Source: SAR202 cluster bacterium (GTDB taxonomy: Bacteria > Chloroflexota > Dehalococcoidia > Lucifugimonadales > UBA3495). Taken from it: a stretch of 64,000 bases of DNA. Positions 63,187 through 64,000 of this stretch are shown here, piece after piece. The notes below the pieces were generated by a model. That model was not told the DNA's origin, ran no database searches, and saw nothing but the letters and a program-made list of their open reading frames with translations. Numbering within the stretch: the stretch's first letter is position 1; every line of letters begins with the position of its first letter. A program made the position numbers and the translations under genes. Location of the stretch: positions 7,294-71,293 of the forward strand of contig VGZV01000003.1 of NCBI GenBank assembly GCA_016872385.1. Reading direction: 5' to 3'.

Positions 63187-64000
63187 TTAGCACGGCACGG
63201 ACAGCATGTTGCGGATAAATGCCACCATCTCCGGACTGATGGTGTTGGACAGGGCTGAAAGGTCGCTGGCCTGGACGATTTTCAGGAAGTTGTCCAGCCG
63301 GTGGTCCGCCTGGCCGTTCAGGATTTGCTGTGTCAGCAGATTGCTCAAGGCGCGGTTCTTGGATTCCAGCGCCACGGCAATGGCTGATCCCCACCGCTCC
63401 AAATCATGGACGGGCAAAGACTGCTCCAGCCGCAACTGGCACTCGGTACAGTGGGGTACGGCCTCCAGGTCCTGCACCGCAGGCACAACTATGCAGGGCG
63501 ACGGGCCTTCCCAGAGCTTGGCCAGGTTTTCGGTCAGGCCTGTACCGGCGGGGGCCCCCAGTTCAGGCAAGGTGTTTAACAACTGCAAGGCCTGTATCTG
63601 TCTTTGGGCATTATCCCGGCAGCGCACGTAGGAAGGCAACTGCCGGTGCAACTTCTGGTGGTGGTCAACGTACGCGGCGGAATAGCGGGACTTGAAATCG
63701 GCCACCTGGTGTTCCAAAGTGTTCCAGCTTGAGGACAGCCGCAGCAGGCTTGCTGGCGAAAGAGATGCCAGGAGCGCCTGGCGCTGCGTAAATAACTCTG
63801 CTTCGGTCTGATGCACAGTGGCTGTTTCGGCATATTGGCGGGCCGCCAGCAATGTTTGACTATGGGTGGCAAGCAGCTGGGCCTGGCGCAGCACCGCCAA
63901 GTCGGCATCCAGATTGGCAATGTGGAGATAGGTCTGGCGCAGGGACTGGTAAATTTCTTGAAAGCCATTCCCAGAGATCACAGATAGCCGGCCAAGGGCA
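63187..64000 (-). CDS. C-terminal part of a larger uncharacterised protein (reading frame open to the window edge)
   Basis: No stop between 63981 and 64000 in this frame. Helical, Gln/Leu-rich sequence with one CxxC (HCTECQ). Ends 12 nt upstream of pth. Confidence 0.4.
   Translation of the reverse strand, partial: ALGRLSVISGNGFQEIYQSLRQTYLHIANLDADLAVLRQAQLLATHSQTLLAARQYAETATVHQTEAELFTQRQALLASLSPASLLRLSSSWNTLEHQVADFKSRYSAAYVDHHQKLHRQLPSYVRCRDNAQRQIQALQLLNTLPELGAPAGTGLTENLAKLWEGPSPCIVVPAVQDLEAVPHCTECQLRLEQSLPVHDLERWGSAIAVALESKNRALSNLLTQQILNGQADHRLDNFLKIVQASDLSALSNTISPEMVAFIRNMLSVPC

Overview
High-GC bacterial chromosomal segment with about 55 protein-coding genes. I found no rRNA, tRNA or CRISPR array. 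A Chloroflexota-like origin is only a guess from gene content and repeat style. Content in window order: hpf (3' end), ald, an eRF1-like (baeRF1-type) protein, a DASS transporter, an alpha/beta hydrolase, and a GNAT plus three-USP operon. Next comes a transporter run (SHOCT protein, APC permease, GDT1/UPF0016, kinase-fold protein, P-type ATPase), an ABC-2 exporter, LLM/amidohydrolase/SMP-30 genes, and gnd plus pgi. Then a duplicated-domain lipoprotein beside an OmpR/histidine-kinase pair, and a large nitrogen-assimilation cluster (amt, a 40-aa sORF, glnB, GSI-beta glnA, GSI-alpha GS, an OmpR-type regulator). After that: rhodanese, ftsH, hflKC and sucCD. The remaining genes are a nifS-like desulfurase, an Lrp-like plus PAC2 pair, an ftsZ homologue without the usual C-terminal peptide, an amidohydrolase, a secreted gluzincin protease, pth and a partial ORF at the window edge. 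Most interesting candidates: (1) a clear cobalamin riboswitch with a terminator platform in front of an unusual family-5 (NikA/OppA-type) ABC uptake locus that carries an FhuF-like Fe-S gene, has two damaged binding-protein genes and no ATPase gene; (2) a three-gene signalling module of REC-histidine kinase, REC fused to a KaiC/FlaH-like ATPase, and CheY; (3) the baeRF1-like protein with a zinc ribbon; (4) the GNAT-USP-USP-USP operon; (5) the nitrogen cluster with a possible GlnR-like regulator, a sORF and a PII without a T-loop tyrosine. Intergenic DNA is saturated with a 130-137 bp MITE-like element flanked by direct repeats, and with mosaic hairpin modules that insert into each other. Five genes are interrupted (pgi, two kinases, two binding proteins). 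Three of the frameshifts sit in 5-6 nt G/C homopolymers, so sequencing error must be excluded before calling them pseudogenes.
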